64,000 nucleotides of DNA, taken from assembly GCF_902461185.1 (NCBI RefSeq), contig NZ_CABPXD010000013.1; one strand, written 5' to 3'. Position 1 is the stretch's first letter; each line of letters starts with the position of its first letter. The DNA is from an uncultured Haemophilus sp. (GTDB taxonomy: Bacteria > Pseudomonadota > Gammaproteobacteria > Enterobacterales > Pasteurellaceae). This document shows positions 27,288 through 36,899 of this stretch, in pieces. The translations under genes and the position numbers were made by a program. The notes under the pieces were generated by a model. The model worked only from the letters and a program-made list of their open reading frames with translations. It was not told the DNA's origin and searched no databases.

Positions 27288-28058
27288 TTATTTTCCTAAA
27301 TTCTTTTTCACTGCTAAGATTTTTTTGAGTGGATATTTAATTAATTTCTTCACTAAATTATTAGATTTTGAACCACGAATCGCTTCCAAATTACTCACTA
27401 ATTGTGGATTTTCAATGGCCACAAGCGGACGAACCACATTGTTATTAATCTGGAATTGGGTTTCAAATAATAAGAAATCATCAGCAAGCCAAAACGGTTT
27501 TTCTTGTTCGAGTTGTTTCAAAAATGCACGTGCCGCTGATTTTTTGATTAAGTATGCCACCGTACCTGCAAAATAACTTTTATATGGATAAGCCACGGTG
27601 ACATCACCAATAGTTTGGCGCAAGAATGAAAAAGTGGTTGGATAATTGATCTCTAATTCCACATTATTAAATTCAGCAATTTTTGACTGCCCGATTAATA
27701 CAATATCCGCATCACATTTTTCGGTTAAGAGTGCGATTGTTTTTGGTGATAAATTAGCATTAAATAACGCATCATCTTCACAGACTAATGCATAATCATT
27801 TTCCGTCACATTTTGATCTTCTACGATCTGACAATAAACCGCTAAATGACTTAATGTGCAACCAATTTCGCCTTTTGTGACGTTGCGTCCATAATGTTGC
27901 TCAAACTTCGTTGGATTGAATACTTCTGCCAATTCATCCCACTCTTTTTGCATGGTATTAATCGCTGAAAATACAACGAAATCTGCTGTATCCGGTTGAG
28001 CAAAAAACAGCTCACGACGCTGAACATCTTTATCTAGTGAAATCAAATATTTATTCAT
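27288..28058 (-). CDS. family-25 glycosyltransferase (Lic2B/LpsA/Lob1-like LOS glycosyltransferase)
   Basis: [19 protein letters not shown]...GEIGCTLSH...CEDD, which is the pattern of GT25 LOS transferases. Confidence 0.7.
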   Translation of the reverse strand: MNKYLISLDKDVQRRELFFAQPDTADFVVFSAINTMQKEWDELAEVFNPTKFEQHYGRNVTKGEIGCTLSHLAVYCQIVEDQNVTENDYALVCEDDALFNANLSPKTIALLTEKCDADIVLIGQSKIAEFNNVELEINYPTTFSFLRQTIGDVTVAYPYKSYFAGTVAYLIKKSAARAFLKQLEQEKPFWLADDFLLFETQFQINNNVVRPLVAIENPQLVSNLEAIRGSKSNNLVKKLIKYPLKKILAVKKNLGK

Positions 28059-28181
28059 AATTATCTCAAATTTGGTTTTTGCAGTATTTTGATTACAACA
28101 AACGGAAATAGTTGCAAATTATACTAAAGAAATAATCCAATAGCATGGCTTTTAGTACAACTTTAAAAGACCTAAAAAATA

Positions 28182-28210
28182 ACCGCACTTTAAATGCTTA
28201 AAGCGCGGTC
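28182..28210 (-). terminator. USS-like inverted pair terminating the small ORF
   Basis: accgcacttta pairs with taaagcgcggt with one mismatch. On the minus strand a tatttttt tail follows. Confidence 0.6.
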
Positions 28211-28244
28211 TATTTTAAATGGATTAATATGTTATTTCTTTCAA

Positions 28245-28325
28245 TTAGAAAATTGCAGTCGCTAAACCCACAACAACACTTAAAGAAAGCACTACAGCTA
28301 ACATTGCGTAACCAAAATCACTCAT
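28245..28325 (-). CDS. 26-aa single-TM small protein (MSDFGYAMLAVVLSLSVVVGLATAIF), possibly YnhF-like
   Basis: Not in the ORF track because it is too short. It has an ATG with GTGAGAAATTAAA upstream, a hydrophobic core, a TAA stop and its own terminator at 28182..28210. It is divergent from purR. Confidence 0.5.
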   Translation of the reverse strand: MSDFGYAMLAVVLSLSVVVGLATAIF

Positions 28326-28460
28326 TTTAATTTCTCACTTATTTAGTTAAAGATATCCCATTCTAACAATAAAGCGCGTTTTTTCAAAAATTTTTTATAA
28401 TTTACTTAACCTATTTGGTGACAGTCTTTATAATAGGAAAAATTCTCTAGAGGCAAAATT

Positions 28461-29471
28461 ATGGCAACAATTAAAGATGTCGCAAAAATGGCCGGTGTTT
28501 CCACCACCACTGTTTCCCATGTAATTAATAAAACCCGTTTTGTAGCAAAAGAAACCGAAGAGGCGGTGATGCAAGCCATTAAAAGCTTGAAATACTCACC
28601 AAGTGCTGTTGCTCGGAGTTTAAAAGTCAATACGACAAAATCCATTGGGATGATTGTTACCACCAGTGAATCCCCTTATTTTGCTGAAATCATTCATGCC
28701 GTTGAAGATCATTGTTATCGTCAAGGCTATTCACTTTTTTTGTGTAATACACAAAATGATCCTGAAAAAATTAAAAACCACGTCGAAATGCTTGCCAAAA
28801 AACGCGTAGATGGTTTATTGGTCATGTGTTCTGAATACACACAACATTCACTTGATGTGCTTTCTAGTTTCTCGTCTGTGCCGATGGTGGTAATGGATTG
28901 GGGCCCAAATGCTGATACCGATATCATTGAAGATAACAGCTTTACGGGCGGTTATATTGCTACTAAGCATTTAATTGATTGTGGTCATAAAGAGATCGGT
29001 CTTATTGCGGGTGAATTAGATAAAACGACGGCAAGAACCCGTTACGAAGGCTTTGTAAAAGCCATGAATGAAGCCAATCTACCGATCCATGAAAATTGGA
29101 TTATGGAAGGTTTCTTCGAACCTGAGGACGGTTATGAGTGTATGAATAAAATTCTTGCACAAGACAGCCTACCTACTGCCGTATTCTGTTGTAATGATGT
29201 GATGGCATTAGGCGCAATTTCTGCGATTACGGAAAAAGGCTTGCGTGTGCCTGATGATATCTCGATTATCGGCTATGATAATATTCACTCATCGCGTTTC
29301 TATGCACCACCACTCACAACGATTCACCAATCGAAGTCTCGTTTAGGTGCACAAGCGGTTAATCTTTTATTTGAGCGTATTGCCAATAAAGATAACGATA
29401 ATCACGAAAAACACCGCATTGCTATCCATCCTGAACTCGTCATTCGAAAATCAGTTCGCAACCTTAAATAA
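28461..29471 (+). CDS. purR: LacI-family purine repressor
   Basis: [29 protein letters not shown]... is collinear with PurR. The protein is 336 aa. Confidence 0.88.
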   Translation: MATIKDVAKMAGVSTTTVSHVINKTRFVAKETEEAVMQAIKSLKYSPSAVARSLKVNTTKSIGMIVTTSESPYFAEIIHAVEDHCYRQGYSLFLCNTQNDPEKIKNHVEMLAKKRVDGLLVMCSEYTQHSLDVLSSFSSVPMVVMDWGPNADTDIIEDNSFTGGYIATKHLIDCGHKEIGLIAGELDKTTARTRYEGFVKAMNEANLPIHENWIMEGFFEPEDGYECMNKILAQDSLPTAVFCCNDVMALGAISAITEKGLRVPDDISIIGYDNIHSSRFYAPPLTTIHQSKSRLGAQAVNLLFERIANKDNDNHEKHRIAIHPELVIRKSVRNLK

Positions 29472-29488
29472 ACATTAAACTTTTTGAG

Positions 29489-29528
29489 CGCACTTTAAAT
29501 TTTATCTAAAAAAGTGCGGTCATTTTTT
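29489..29528 (+). terminator. terminator after purR containing a USS
   Basis: cgcacttt pairs with aaagtgcg as an 8-bp stem with a 14-nt loop. The tail is tcatttttt. Confidence 0.55.
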
Positions 29529-29643
29529 ACTTATTTTAGCCTTTTTTGATTTAATGCAAGTTTTTGACGTATAGCATTTGATCCCGATACATATTTTTGG
29601 TTATATCTCCCCTAGTTTTATTTTTTTCTTTATCGGAGTTCAT

Positions 29644-32283
29644 ATGACTGATGAGTATCGCACTCTCCGCCATAACATTAATATGTTAGGGCGTTTTCTT
29701 GGAGAAACCATTAATGATGCACAAGGCGAAGACATTCTCACCTTAATTGAAAATGTTCGCCAATTATCCAAACAATCTCGAGCTGGCGATAGCCAAGCAC
29801 GTAAAACATTGTTGGATACCCTTTCCACCATTTCAAATGAAAATATTATTCCTGTTGCACGAGCATTCAGCCATTTCCTTAACTTAACGAATATCGCTGA
29901 ACAATACCAAACGGTCTCTCGTCAACATAAAGATTTACAATCTTCTAATCGTTCATTAAGTGCTTTATTCCAACGCTTAAAAGCATTAAATACTTCAAAA
30001 GAAGAGGTTTACAAAACCGTTGAAAACTTGCTTATTGAGCTTGTATTAACGGCACACCCAACTGAAACCACGCGTCGTTCTTTAGTCCATAAACACGTCG
30101 AGATCAATAAATGCTTAAGCAAATTAGAGCACGATGATTTGACGCCTAAAGAACGCAGCATTATTGAACGCCTGTTGCTTCGTTTAATTGCTGAAGCTTG
30201 GCATACTAATGAAATCCGTACTGTTCGCCCTACCCCATTCGATGAAGCAAAATGGGGCTTTGCCATGATTGAAAATAGCCTATGGCAAGGGGTACCGGAA
30301 TTCTTACGTCAACTAAATGAACACGCTCGTGAATTCTTAGGCTACGATTTACCTGTGGGCTTACGTCCTGTCAGAATTTCTTCTTGGATGGGTGGTGACC
30401 GTGATGGTAACCCATTTGTTACTTCAAAAATTACTCAACAAGTACTCTATCTTGCTCGTTGGAAAGCGGCGGATTTATTCTTAAATGACATCAAATCCCT
30501 TGCCGATGAATTATCCATGGTGAAATGCACACCAGAATTTACCGAAAAATATGGTGAACATTTAGAGCCTTATCGTTTTGTAGTCAAAACGCTTCGTACA
30601 AAACTTATCGCCACTCTTGATTACTTTGATGATTGCCTGGCAAATCGTCCGCCACGCGTAAGCCAAGCGGATATCATCATGGAAGATAATCAACTTTGGG
30701 AACCGCTCTATGATTGCTATCAATCATTAATGGCGTGTGGCATGCGGATTATCGCTAATGGTTCATTATTAGATATTTTGCATCGTATTCGTTGTTTTGG
30801 TGTCACTCTTTCACAAATGGATATCCGTCAAGAAAGTACCCGTCATACAGATGCCATTGCTGAAATTACCCGTTATCTTGGCATTGGCGATTATGCACAA
30901 TGGAGCGAAGCAGAAAAACAATCTTTCTTAGTACGCGAGTTAAATTCTCGTCGCCCATTAATTCCAACCCATTGGGAACCCTCTGCTGAAACCCAAGAAA
31001 TTTTAGATACTTGCAAAGTCATTGCCCAACAAAAACAAGGCGTGATTGCTTGCTATATTATTTCTATGGCAAGAAGTGCCTCTGATGTGCTTGCCGTACA
31101 TTTATTATTAAAAGAAGCGGGGGTGCCTTATCATATTCCTGTCGTGCCACTCTTTGAAACCTTAGATGACTTAGATGCCTCTGAAGGCGTCATGCGTCAA
31201 TTGTTTAATATTGGTTGGTATCGTGGTGTGATTAATAATCATCAAATGGTGATGATTGGCTATTCTGACTCAGCTAAAGATGCAGGCATGATGGCAGCTT
31301 CATGGGCACAATATCGTGCACAAGAAGCGTTAGTTAATTTAACCGAAGAACTGGGTATTGAACTCACTTTATTCCATGGTCGTGGTGGTACAATCGGTCG
31401 TGGTGGTGCTCCTGCACATGCAGCATTACTTTCTCAACCTCCACGCTCACTCAAAAATGGTTTACGCGTCACCGAACAAGGGGAAATGATTCGCTTTAAA
31501 CTCGGTTTACCCGAAGTTGCAGTTGAAACCTTTGACCTTTACGCGAGTGCAATTTTGGAAGCAAACTTACTTCCACCGCCAGAACCAAAAGCAGAATGGC
31601 GTACCGTCATGGATGAGCTTTCCGCTACTTCATGCGACATTTACCGTAGTGTTGTTCGTGGTGATAAAGACTTCGTGCCTTATTTCCGCAGTGCCACACC
31701 GGAACAAGAACTGTCTAAACTACCACTTGGCTCTCGCCCTGCAAAACGTAATCCAAATGGTGGCGTGGAAAGCTTGCGTGCCATTCCATGGATTTTTGCT
31801 TGGATGCAAAACCGCTTAATGCTACCAGCATGGCTTGGTGCGGGTGCGGCAATTCAAAAAATTGTAGATGAAGGCAAAGGTCATATTATTGAAGAAATGT
31901 GTAAAGCTTGGCCATTCTTCTCTACTCGTGTGGGGATGTTAGAAATGGTGTTCAGTAAAACCGATACTTGGCTTTCTGAGCAATATGATCATAACTTGGT
32001 GAAAAAAGAGCTTTGGTACTTAGGTGAAAATCTGCGTAATCAACTCAATGCAGATATTAAAACTGTGCTTTCGCTTTCTCACAAAGATGAATTAATGGCG
32101 GACTTACCGTGGATCGCGGATTCTATTGCATTACGTAATGTTTATACGGATCCGCTCAATCTCCTTCAAGTGGAATTGCTCCGTCGTTTCCGTGAATCAC
32201 CTGAAAACCCAAGCCCTGATGTCGAACAAGCCTTGATGATTACCATCACTGGTATTGCAGCAGGTATGCGAAATACGGGCTAG
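29644..32283 (+). CDS. ppc: phosphoenolpyruvate carboxylase
   Basis: ORF 29578..32283 starts at TTG. ATG 29644 gives [21 protein letters not shown]. The motifs TAHPTE and [12 protein letters not shown] and the C-terminal MRNTG are present. Confidence 0.93.
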   Translation: MTDEYRTLRHNINMLGRFLGETINDAQGEDILTLIENVRQLSKQSRAGDSQARKTLLDTLSTISNENIIPVARAFSHFLNLTNIAEQYQTVSRQHKDLQSSNRSLSALFQRLKALNTSKEEVYKTVENLLIELVLTAHPTETTRRSLVHKHVEINKCLSKLEHDDLTPKERSIIERLLLRLIAEAWHTNEIRTVRPTPFDEAKWGFAMIENSLWQGVPEFLRQLNEHAREFLGYDLPVGLRPVRISSWMGGDRDGNPFVTSKITQQVLYLARWKAADLFLNDIKSLADELSMVKCTPEFTEKYGEHLEPYRFVVKTLRTKLIATLDYFDDCLANRPPRVSQADIIMEDNQLWEPLYDCYQSLMACGMRIIANGSLLDILHRIRCFGVTLSQMDIRQESTRHTDAIAEITRYLGIGDYAQWSEAEKQSFLVRELNSRRPLIPTHWEPSAETQEILDTCKVIAQQKQGVIACYIISMARSASDVLAVHLLLKEAGVPYHIPVVPLFETLDDLDASEGVMRQLFNIGWYRGVINNHQMVMIGYSDSAKDAGMMAASWAQYRAQEALVNLTEELGIELTLFHGRGGTIGRGGAPAHAALLSQPPRSLKNGLRVTEQGEMIRFKLGLPEVAVETFDLYASAILEANLLPPPEPKAEWRTVMDELSATSCDIYRSVVRGDKDFVPYFRSATPEQELSKLPLGSRPAKRNPNGGVESLRAIPWIFAWMQNRLMLPAWLGAGAAIQKIVDEGKGHIIEEMCKAWPFFSTRVGMLEMVFSKTDTWLSEQYDHNLVKKELWYLGENLRNQLNADIKTVLSLSHKDELMADLPWIADSIALRNVYTDPLNLLQVELLRRFRESPENPSPDVEQALMITITGIAAGMRNTG

Positions 32284-32298
32284 TTACAACAAATATAA

Positions 32299-32345
32299 AT
32301 AAGTGCGGTCAAAAACAACGATGAATTTGACCGCACTTTTTGTTT
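32299..32345 (+). terminator. inverted USS-pair terminator after ppc
   Basis: aagtgcggtcaaa pairs with tttgaccgcactt, followed by a T-run. Confidence 0.8.
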
Positions 32346-32396
32346 TGTGTTTCTTGCGGTATCATACGCGCAATTGACTTAATGAAGGAAAACCCA

Positions 32397-32720
32397 ATGA
32401 CAACTGATATTCAAAAACTTGATCCCGATGCAGCGATTGATCTTGCTTATGATATTTTCTTAGAAATGGCGGGCGAAAATCTCGATCCGGCTGATATTAT
32501 GCTATTCAATCTACAATTTGAAGATCGTGGTGCGGTCGAGTTTGTCGAAACTGCCGATGATTGGGAACAAGAAATTGGGGTATTAATCGATCCTGAGGCT
32601 TTTGCTGAAGTGTGGGTAGGATTAGTGAATGAGAAAGATGAAATGGATGATGTGTTTGCGAAATTCTTAATTTCACACCGAGAAGAAGATCGTGAATTTC
32701 ACGTTATTTGGAAAAAATAG
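32397..32720 (+). CDS. HI1450/YciU-family acidic protein (putative dsDNA mimic)
   Basis: ORF 32340..32720. ATG 32397 gives a 107-aa, very acidic protein: [34 protein letters not shown]... Confidence 0.7.
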   Translation: MTTDIQKLDPDAAIDLAYDIFLEMAGENLDPADIMLFNLQFEDRGAVEFVETADDWEQEIGVLIDPEAFAEVWVGLVNEKDEMDDVFAKFLISHREEDREFHVIWKK

Positions 32721-32752
32721 CGACGCTTCTCCCTTATATCAATTTACAAACT

Positions 32753-32786
32753 AAAACCGGTTTAATTTAACATTAAACCGGTTTTT
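32753..32786. terminator. bidirectional terminator between the HI1450-like gene and hypE
   Basis: aaaaccggtttaat pairs with attaaaccggtttt as a 14-bp stem with a 5-nt loop. Confidence 0.8.
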
Positions 32787-32788
32787 GC

Positions 32789-33802
32789 TTAACAAATGCG
32801 TGGTAAAGGTTCGTTGCGTGGTAAGTCTAATAAACGACTTTGACCGAAAAGTCCAACTGCTCGAACTTTACCATCAGTCGTTACCTCGCCGATTACGGTC
32901 GCATTTTCACCTAATGGATGGCGACGAAGTGCGGTCAGAATTTCAGCTGTTTTTTCTTTGTCCGCCACAATCACCAATTTGCCTTCATTAGCAAAATTTA
33001 ATGCATCCAAACCGAGTAATTCGCAAATACCTCGCACTTCCTGACGAATTGGTAATACCGTTTCATCAATTTGAATCCCTACTTTCTGAGCCTGGGCAAA
33101 TTCATGAAGTACTGCATTCACACCACCACGGGTCGCATCGCGTATAGCTTTTACTCCTTCAATTGGACGAATGCAATCAATGAGCGGTGCAAGCACAGCA
33201 CAATCACTACGTAAATCCGTTTGAATACCAAGATTTTCGCGTAAATTCAAAATGGTTGCACCATGATCCCCCAAAGTACCGCTGACAATAATCTGATCAC
33301 CTGGTTGAATACGATGCACGCCCCAGTCGAGTCCGTTTGGAATCACACCAATACCTGCTGTATTGATAAACACTTTATCTATCGCGCCTTTTTGTACTAC
33401 TTTGGTATCACCTGTTACTACTTGAATACCGGCTGACTGACAGGCTTTTGCCATAGACTGAATCAATTTTTTTAAAGTTTCCAGTGGTAAGCCTTCTTCC
33501 AAAATAAAGCCACAAGACAAATATTTTGGTACGGCACCGCATACCGCGACATCGTTAGCGGTACCACATACAGCGAGTTTACCAATGTCGCCACCAGGGA
33601 AAAAAATCGGATCAATCACAAAACTATCGGTAGAAAATGACAATGTTCCACCTAAAGCATTTAACTCTTGTAAAGCAATACGAGCCTGATCTTCGCCTTG
33701 TGAAAGTATTGGATTATCAAATGCCTCGACAAAATAATCGCGGATCAACTCTTGCATTGTGGCACCACCATTTCCGTGTGCCATTGTAATAAAATCAGTC
33801 AT
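32789..33802 (-). CDS. hypE: hydrogenase maturation carbamoyl dehydratase HypE
   Basis: ORF 32789..33838. ATG 33802 gives MTDFITMAHGNGG. The fold is PurM-like and the protein ends in PRIC, where the C-terminal Cys carries the thiocyanate. Confidence 0.9.
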   Translation of the reverse strand: MTDFITMAHGNGGATMQELIRDYFVEAFDNPILSQGEDQARIALQELNALGGTLSFSTDSFVIDPIFFPGGDIGKLAVCGTANDVAVCGAVPKYLSCGFILEEGLPLETLKKLIQSMAKACQSAGIQVVTGDTKVVQKGAIDKVFINTAGIGVIPNGLDWGVHRIQPGDQIIVSGTLGDHGATILNLRENLGIQTDLRSDCAVLAPLIDCIRPIEGVKAIRDATRGGVNAVLHEFAQAQKVGIQIDETVLPIRQEVRGICELLGLDALNFANEGKLVIVADKEKTAEILTALRRHPLGENATVIGEVTTDGKVRAVGLFGQSRLLDLPRNEPLPRIC

Positions 33803-33806
33803 TGTT

Positions 33807-34919
33807 TTATTCCCGTCTATATTGATAATAGGCCGCACATGCCCCTTCGGAAGATACCATCAATGCACCATAGGCATTGTCAGGATTACATTTTTTAGCA
33901 AATAATGGACAATCCGCCGGCTTACATTTACCGATTAATACATCTCCGCAACGAGAATCAGGATCATCGGCAACTTGATGTGGCTGACAAGCAAAATGCG
34001 CTTCTGCATCAAAGCATTGATAATCATCTGTCAGTTCTACACCAGATTCGGCAATTTCGCCTAATCCACGCCATTCGCTGCTGGCTTTCAAGCGGAACAC
34101 TTCACTGATTGCCTGTTGTGCTAACTCATTGCCATGTTGGTGTACGATACGTTTATACTGATTTTCCACTTCACAGCGTTTTTCAACAATCTGTGTCACC
34201 AACATTAAAATTGCTTGTAGGATATCTAAAGGCTCAAAACCAGTGATTACAAAAGGCTTATGGTAGGTATCACACAATTCCTGATAAGGTTCAGAACCAA
34301 TCACCATGCTTACATGACCTGGTGCAAGAAAGCCGTCAATTTTGACTTGTCCTTGTGACAATAAGCTGTGTAATGTTGGGATGATAGTGATATTTTGACA
34401 TACCACAAAAAAGTTTTTTACCTGCTGTTTTTTAGCTTGTTGCAAGGTAATTGCGGCACTCGGCATAGTTGTTTCAAAACCGAGTGAAAAGAACACCACT
34501 TTTTTGTCTGGATTATTCAATGCGATATTCAACGCATCAAGCGGTGAATAAACGATACGAACATCCGCGCCCTGTGCTTTGGCTTCTAATAATGAACCTA
34601 AACGTCCACGTACTCGCATGGCATCACCGAAAGTACAGAAAATTACTTCTGGGCGACGAGCAATCTCAATACATACATCAATTCGCCCCATCGGTAATAC
34701 ACACACAGGGCAGCCTGGACCGTGAATAAATTCAATACTTTTGGGTAATAAACGATCCAGCCCAAATTTAAAAATGGTATGAGTATGTCCGCCACAGACC
34801 TCCATCAGATATAACGGATTTTCTGGCGTAAAGTGCGGTTGGTTTTCCATTACTTTTTGTAGTCGCTGTAACAAACTTTTAGCCAGTTCAGGATCACGAA
34901 ATTCATCAACAAACTGCAT
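33807..34919 (-). CDS. hypD: hydrogenase maturation Fe-S protein HypD
   Basis: MQFVDEFRDPELAK, CGGHTH, GPGCPVCV and the C-terminal Cys cluster. Confidence 0.92.
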   Translation of the reverse strand: MQFVDEFRDPELAKSLLQRLQKVMENQPHFTPENPLYLMEVCGGHTHTIFKFGLDRLLPKSIEFIHGPGCPVCVLPMGRIDVCIEIARRPEVIFCTFGDAMRVRGRLGSLLEAKAQGADVRIVYSPLDALNIALNNPDKKVVFFSLGFETTMPSAAITLQQAKKQQVKNFFVVCQNITIIPTLHSLLSQGQVKIDGFLAPGHVSMVIGSEPYQELCDTYHKPFVITGFEPLDILQAILMLVTQIVEKRCEVENQYKRIVHQHGNELAQQAISEVFRLKASSEWRGLGEIAESGVELTDDYQCFDAEAHFACQPHQVADDPDSRCGDVLIGKCKPADCPLFAKKCNPDNAYGALMVSSEGACAAYYQYRRE

Positions 34920-34928
34920 TTGATGCTC

Positions 34929-35735
34929 CTATCGTTCTTGCGCTTTTAACCAGTCTAGCCATTGCTGTAACCCTTCTCCACTTTGAGAAGACAACTGGAT
35001 AACCTCAATTGTTGGATTCACTTGTTTCGCATAAGCAATACATTTTTCCACATCGAAATTTAAGTACGGCAGTAAATCTACTTTGTTTAAAATCATTAAT
35101 TTCGAAGCCGCAAACATATGTGGATATTTCAGCGGTTTATCTTCGCCTTCTGTCACGGATAAGATCACCACTTTAGCATGCTCGCCTAAATCAAACTCTG
35201 ATGGGCAGACTAGGTTTCCGACATTTTCAATAAACATCAGACTATTTTCCTGTGGCTGCAATTTCACCAATGCATTACCAATCATTTGTGCATCTAAGTG
35301 ACAACCTTTGCCCGTATTAACTTGAATCGCCGGCACACCCGTTTGACGAATACGATCTGCATCATTTTCTGTTTGTTGATCCCCTTCGATCACATAACAA
35401 GGATAGTCATTTTTTAATGCGTTTAGTGTGGTCGTCAATAAGGTTGTTTTGCCTGAACCAGGACTTGAAACAAGATTAAGTGCCAAAATGTGTTGATTGG
35501 CAAAAAAGCGACGATTCATATCGGCTAATTGATTGTTTGCGCCAAGAATATCTTGTTCTACTTTCAGTAATCGTTGCTGGGTTTCTTCTTGTTGTGGAGA
35601 GTCTGGCATGCGGAAGGAGGAGTGAGAAAAATTAGGTAGTTTTGTTGCATGTTGCGCATTGGAATCATTATGAACATGCGGTAATTCTCCGATTCTGACT
35701 TGGTCTGGATGGCCACAGCCACAGGTTGTACACAT
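34929..35735 (-). CDS. hypB: hydrogenase nickel-incorporation GTPase HypB
   Basis: The N-terminus MCTTCGCG is the high-affinity Ni site motif CxxCGC. The P-loop is SSPGSGKTT and a G3E-family pattern follows. Confidence 0.92.
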   Translation of the reverse strand: MCTTCGCGHPDQVRIGELPHVHNDSNAQHATKLPNFSHSSFRMPDSPQQEETQQRLLKVEQDILGANNQLADMNRRFFANQHILALNLVSSPGSGKTTLLTTTLNALKNDYPCYVIEGDQQTENDADRIRQTGVPAIQVNTGKGCHLDAQMIGNALVKLQPQENSLMFIENVGNLVCPSEFDLGEHAKVVILSVTEGEDKPLKYPHMFAASKLMILNKVDLLPYLNFDVEKCIAYAKQVNPTIEVIQLSSQSGEGLQQWLDWLKAQER

Positions 35736-35801
35736 AAGTCACCTCAATAATTTTTCGTTTATTCTGTAAATACTTAGAATCTATGGTAATTCACATGCGT
35801 T

Positions 35802-35816
35802 AGAATACCATATTCT
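35802..35816 (-). promoter_or_regulatory. AGAAT-N5-ATTCT dyad (plus-strand TTAGAATACCATATTCT) in the hypA-hypB spacer
   Basis: A perfect 5-5-5 dyad centred about 74 nt upstream of hypB ATG 35735. The same TTAGAAT-N5-ATTCT string occurs at 42270..42286 upstream of fdhF. Confidence 0.3.
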
Positions 35817-35921
35817 CTATCTTAAATATATTCTTTGAAGAGAGATAAATACATACTATCAAGTAGTTAGCGTATTTTATATTCAAAAGATCAGGTTAAA
35901 TTTGCCAATTTAGACGTCTTG

Positions 35922-36263
35922 CTATTTTACGGCAATTTCTTTCACTCTAAATTCGGTGCCACTTCGACGTTGTAAACATGCACTGTGACAATGTGGACAG
36001 CAATCTTGATAGGCTTCAATCTCAACTTCCTTTTGACATTGCCAGCACCATGCAATCGCAGGTAAATGAATAAAATGTAACTGACAGTTTTCAGCAACGG
36101 TATCTTTTCGCATAATTTCAAAGCAAAATTCTACCGCACTTTGCTCGACACAAGACAGCGCCCCAATTTCTAGCCAAATATCTGTCACTTCATGGATTTC
36201 ATGCTTTTTCTTTTGTTGATCAATAATTTCCATAATATTCTGACAGAGAGACATCTCATGCAT
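35922..36263 (-). CDS. hypA: hydrogenase nickel metallochaperone HypA
   Basis: N-terminal MHE Ni-binding motif and a zinc site formed by CWQC...CPHC. The protein is 113 aa. Confidence 0.92.
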   Translation of the reverse strand: MHEMSLCQNIMEIIDQQKKKHEIHEVTDIWLEIGALSCVEQSAVEFCFEIMRKDTVAENCQLHFIHLPAIAWCWQCQKEVEIEAYQDCCPHCHSACLQRRSGTEFRVKEIAVK

Positions 36264-36399
36264 GATTTTCTCCTTAAAATAAAAAAGCAGTCTGTTCCAA
36301 TTCTACTCTTTTTTGATATTTATTTTCAGCGTTTCTGTGTTTCGTTGTTCGATATTTAAACGTTGTTTGAAAAATTTTTACTGGTACCCGTACAAGAAA

Positions 36400-36813
36400 T
36401 CATTTTAGCGGCACAAAATTAATGCCGCTATGTTGCAATAAAGTATTCATTAAATCATTGTTTTGTTCAAATTGGCTACATTTGCCTTTGAGCTGAATTA
36501 AGCGAATTCTCAAGTGAGCCAATTCATGAATCCGTTTTGATACTTCTCGAATATGTCGATCTAGCAGCTCATTAATTTCTCTTTCTTGCTCTTGAGTGGC
36601 ACATTGAGGATTGAGCAACATTTTGATTTCTTTCAGTGAAATATCCAAACTGCGGCAATAGCAAATAAAAGAAAGTTGTTTCAAATGCTCTTCCGTATAA
36701 ACGCGAAAATTACCAATTGTTCGCTTGGCGGGTTCGATCAATCCTTGTTTTTCATAGAAACGTACGGCTTCCACCGTACAGCCAACAATATTGGCTAGCT
36801 GACCAATTTTCAT
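36400..36813 (-). CDS. nimR: MerR-family metal-responsive regulator, NimR-like (nickel-associated MerR regulator of nik)
   Basis: MKIGQLANIVGCTVEAVRFYEKQGLI is a MerR HTH, followed by a coiled-coil dimerisation helix. The gene is divergent from nikK and shares a 19-bp-spacer promoter with it. The arrangement matches what I recall for Haemophilus influenzae NimR-nikKLMQO. Confidence 0.6.
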   Translation of the reverse strand: MKIGQLANIVGCTVEAVRFYEKQGLIEPAKRTIGNFRVYTEEHLKQLSFICYCRSLDISLKEIKMLLNPQCATQEQEREINELLDRHIREVSKRIHELAHLRIRLIQLKGKCSQFEQNNDLMNTLLQHSGINFVPLK

Positions 36814-36830
36814 TTTTAATTAAATTATCC

Positions 36831-36861
36831 TTGACTCTGAAGTTACTTCATATTTTATACT
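36831..36861 (+). promoter_or_regulatory. MerR-type promoter of the nik operon: -35 TTGACT, 19-bp spacer with dyad TGAAGT-T-ACTTCA, -10 TATACT
   Basis: TTGACT is at 36831-36836 and TATACT at 36856-36861. The spacer 36837-36855 is 19 nt long. The dyad spans 36838-36850. The layout is very like E. coli PzntA, TTGACTCTGGAGTCGACTCCAGAGTGTATCCT. Confidence 0.7.
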
Positions 36862-36899
36862 TTACCACAGTGTTCACATGTTAGAAAAGGAGAACTTCC

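Noticed and set aside
24381-28058. Tetranucleotide (CAAT/GACA/GCAA) or long homopolymer repeats in the LOS glycosyltransferase genes.
   Set aside because: I read the 5' regions of all four genes and found no such repeats.
28530-28542. AAAACCCGTTTTG inside purR, as a possible PUR-box autoregulatory operator.
   Set aside because: The PurR operator has an AAACG/CGTTT core centred on CG. This sequence has an extra CC in the centre and simply encodes the conserved NKTRFV of the HTH domain.
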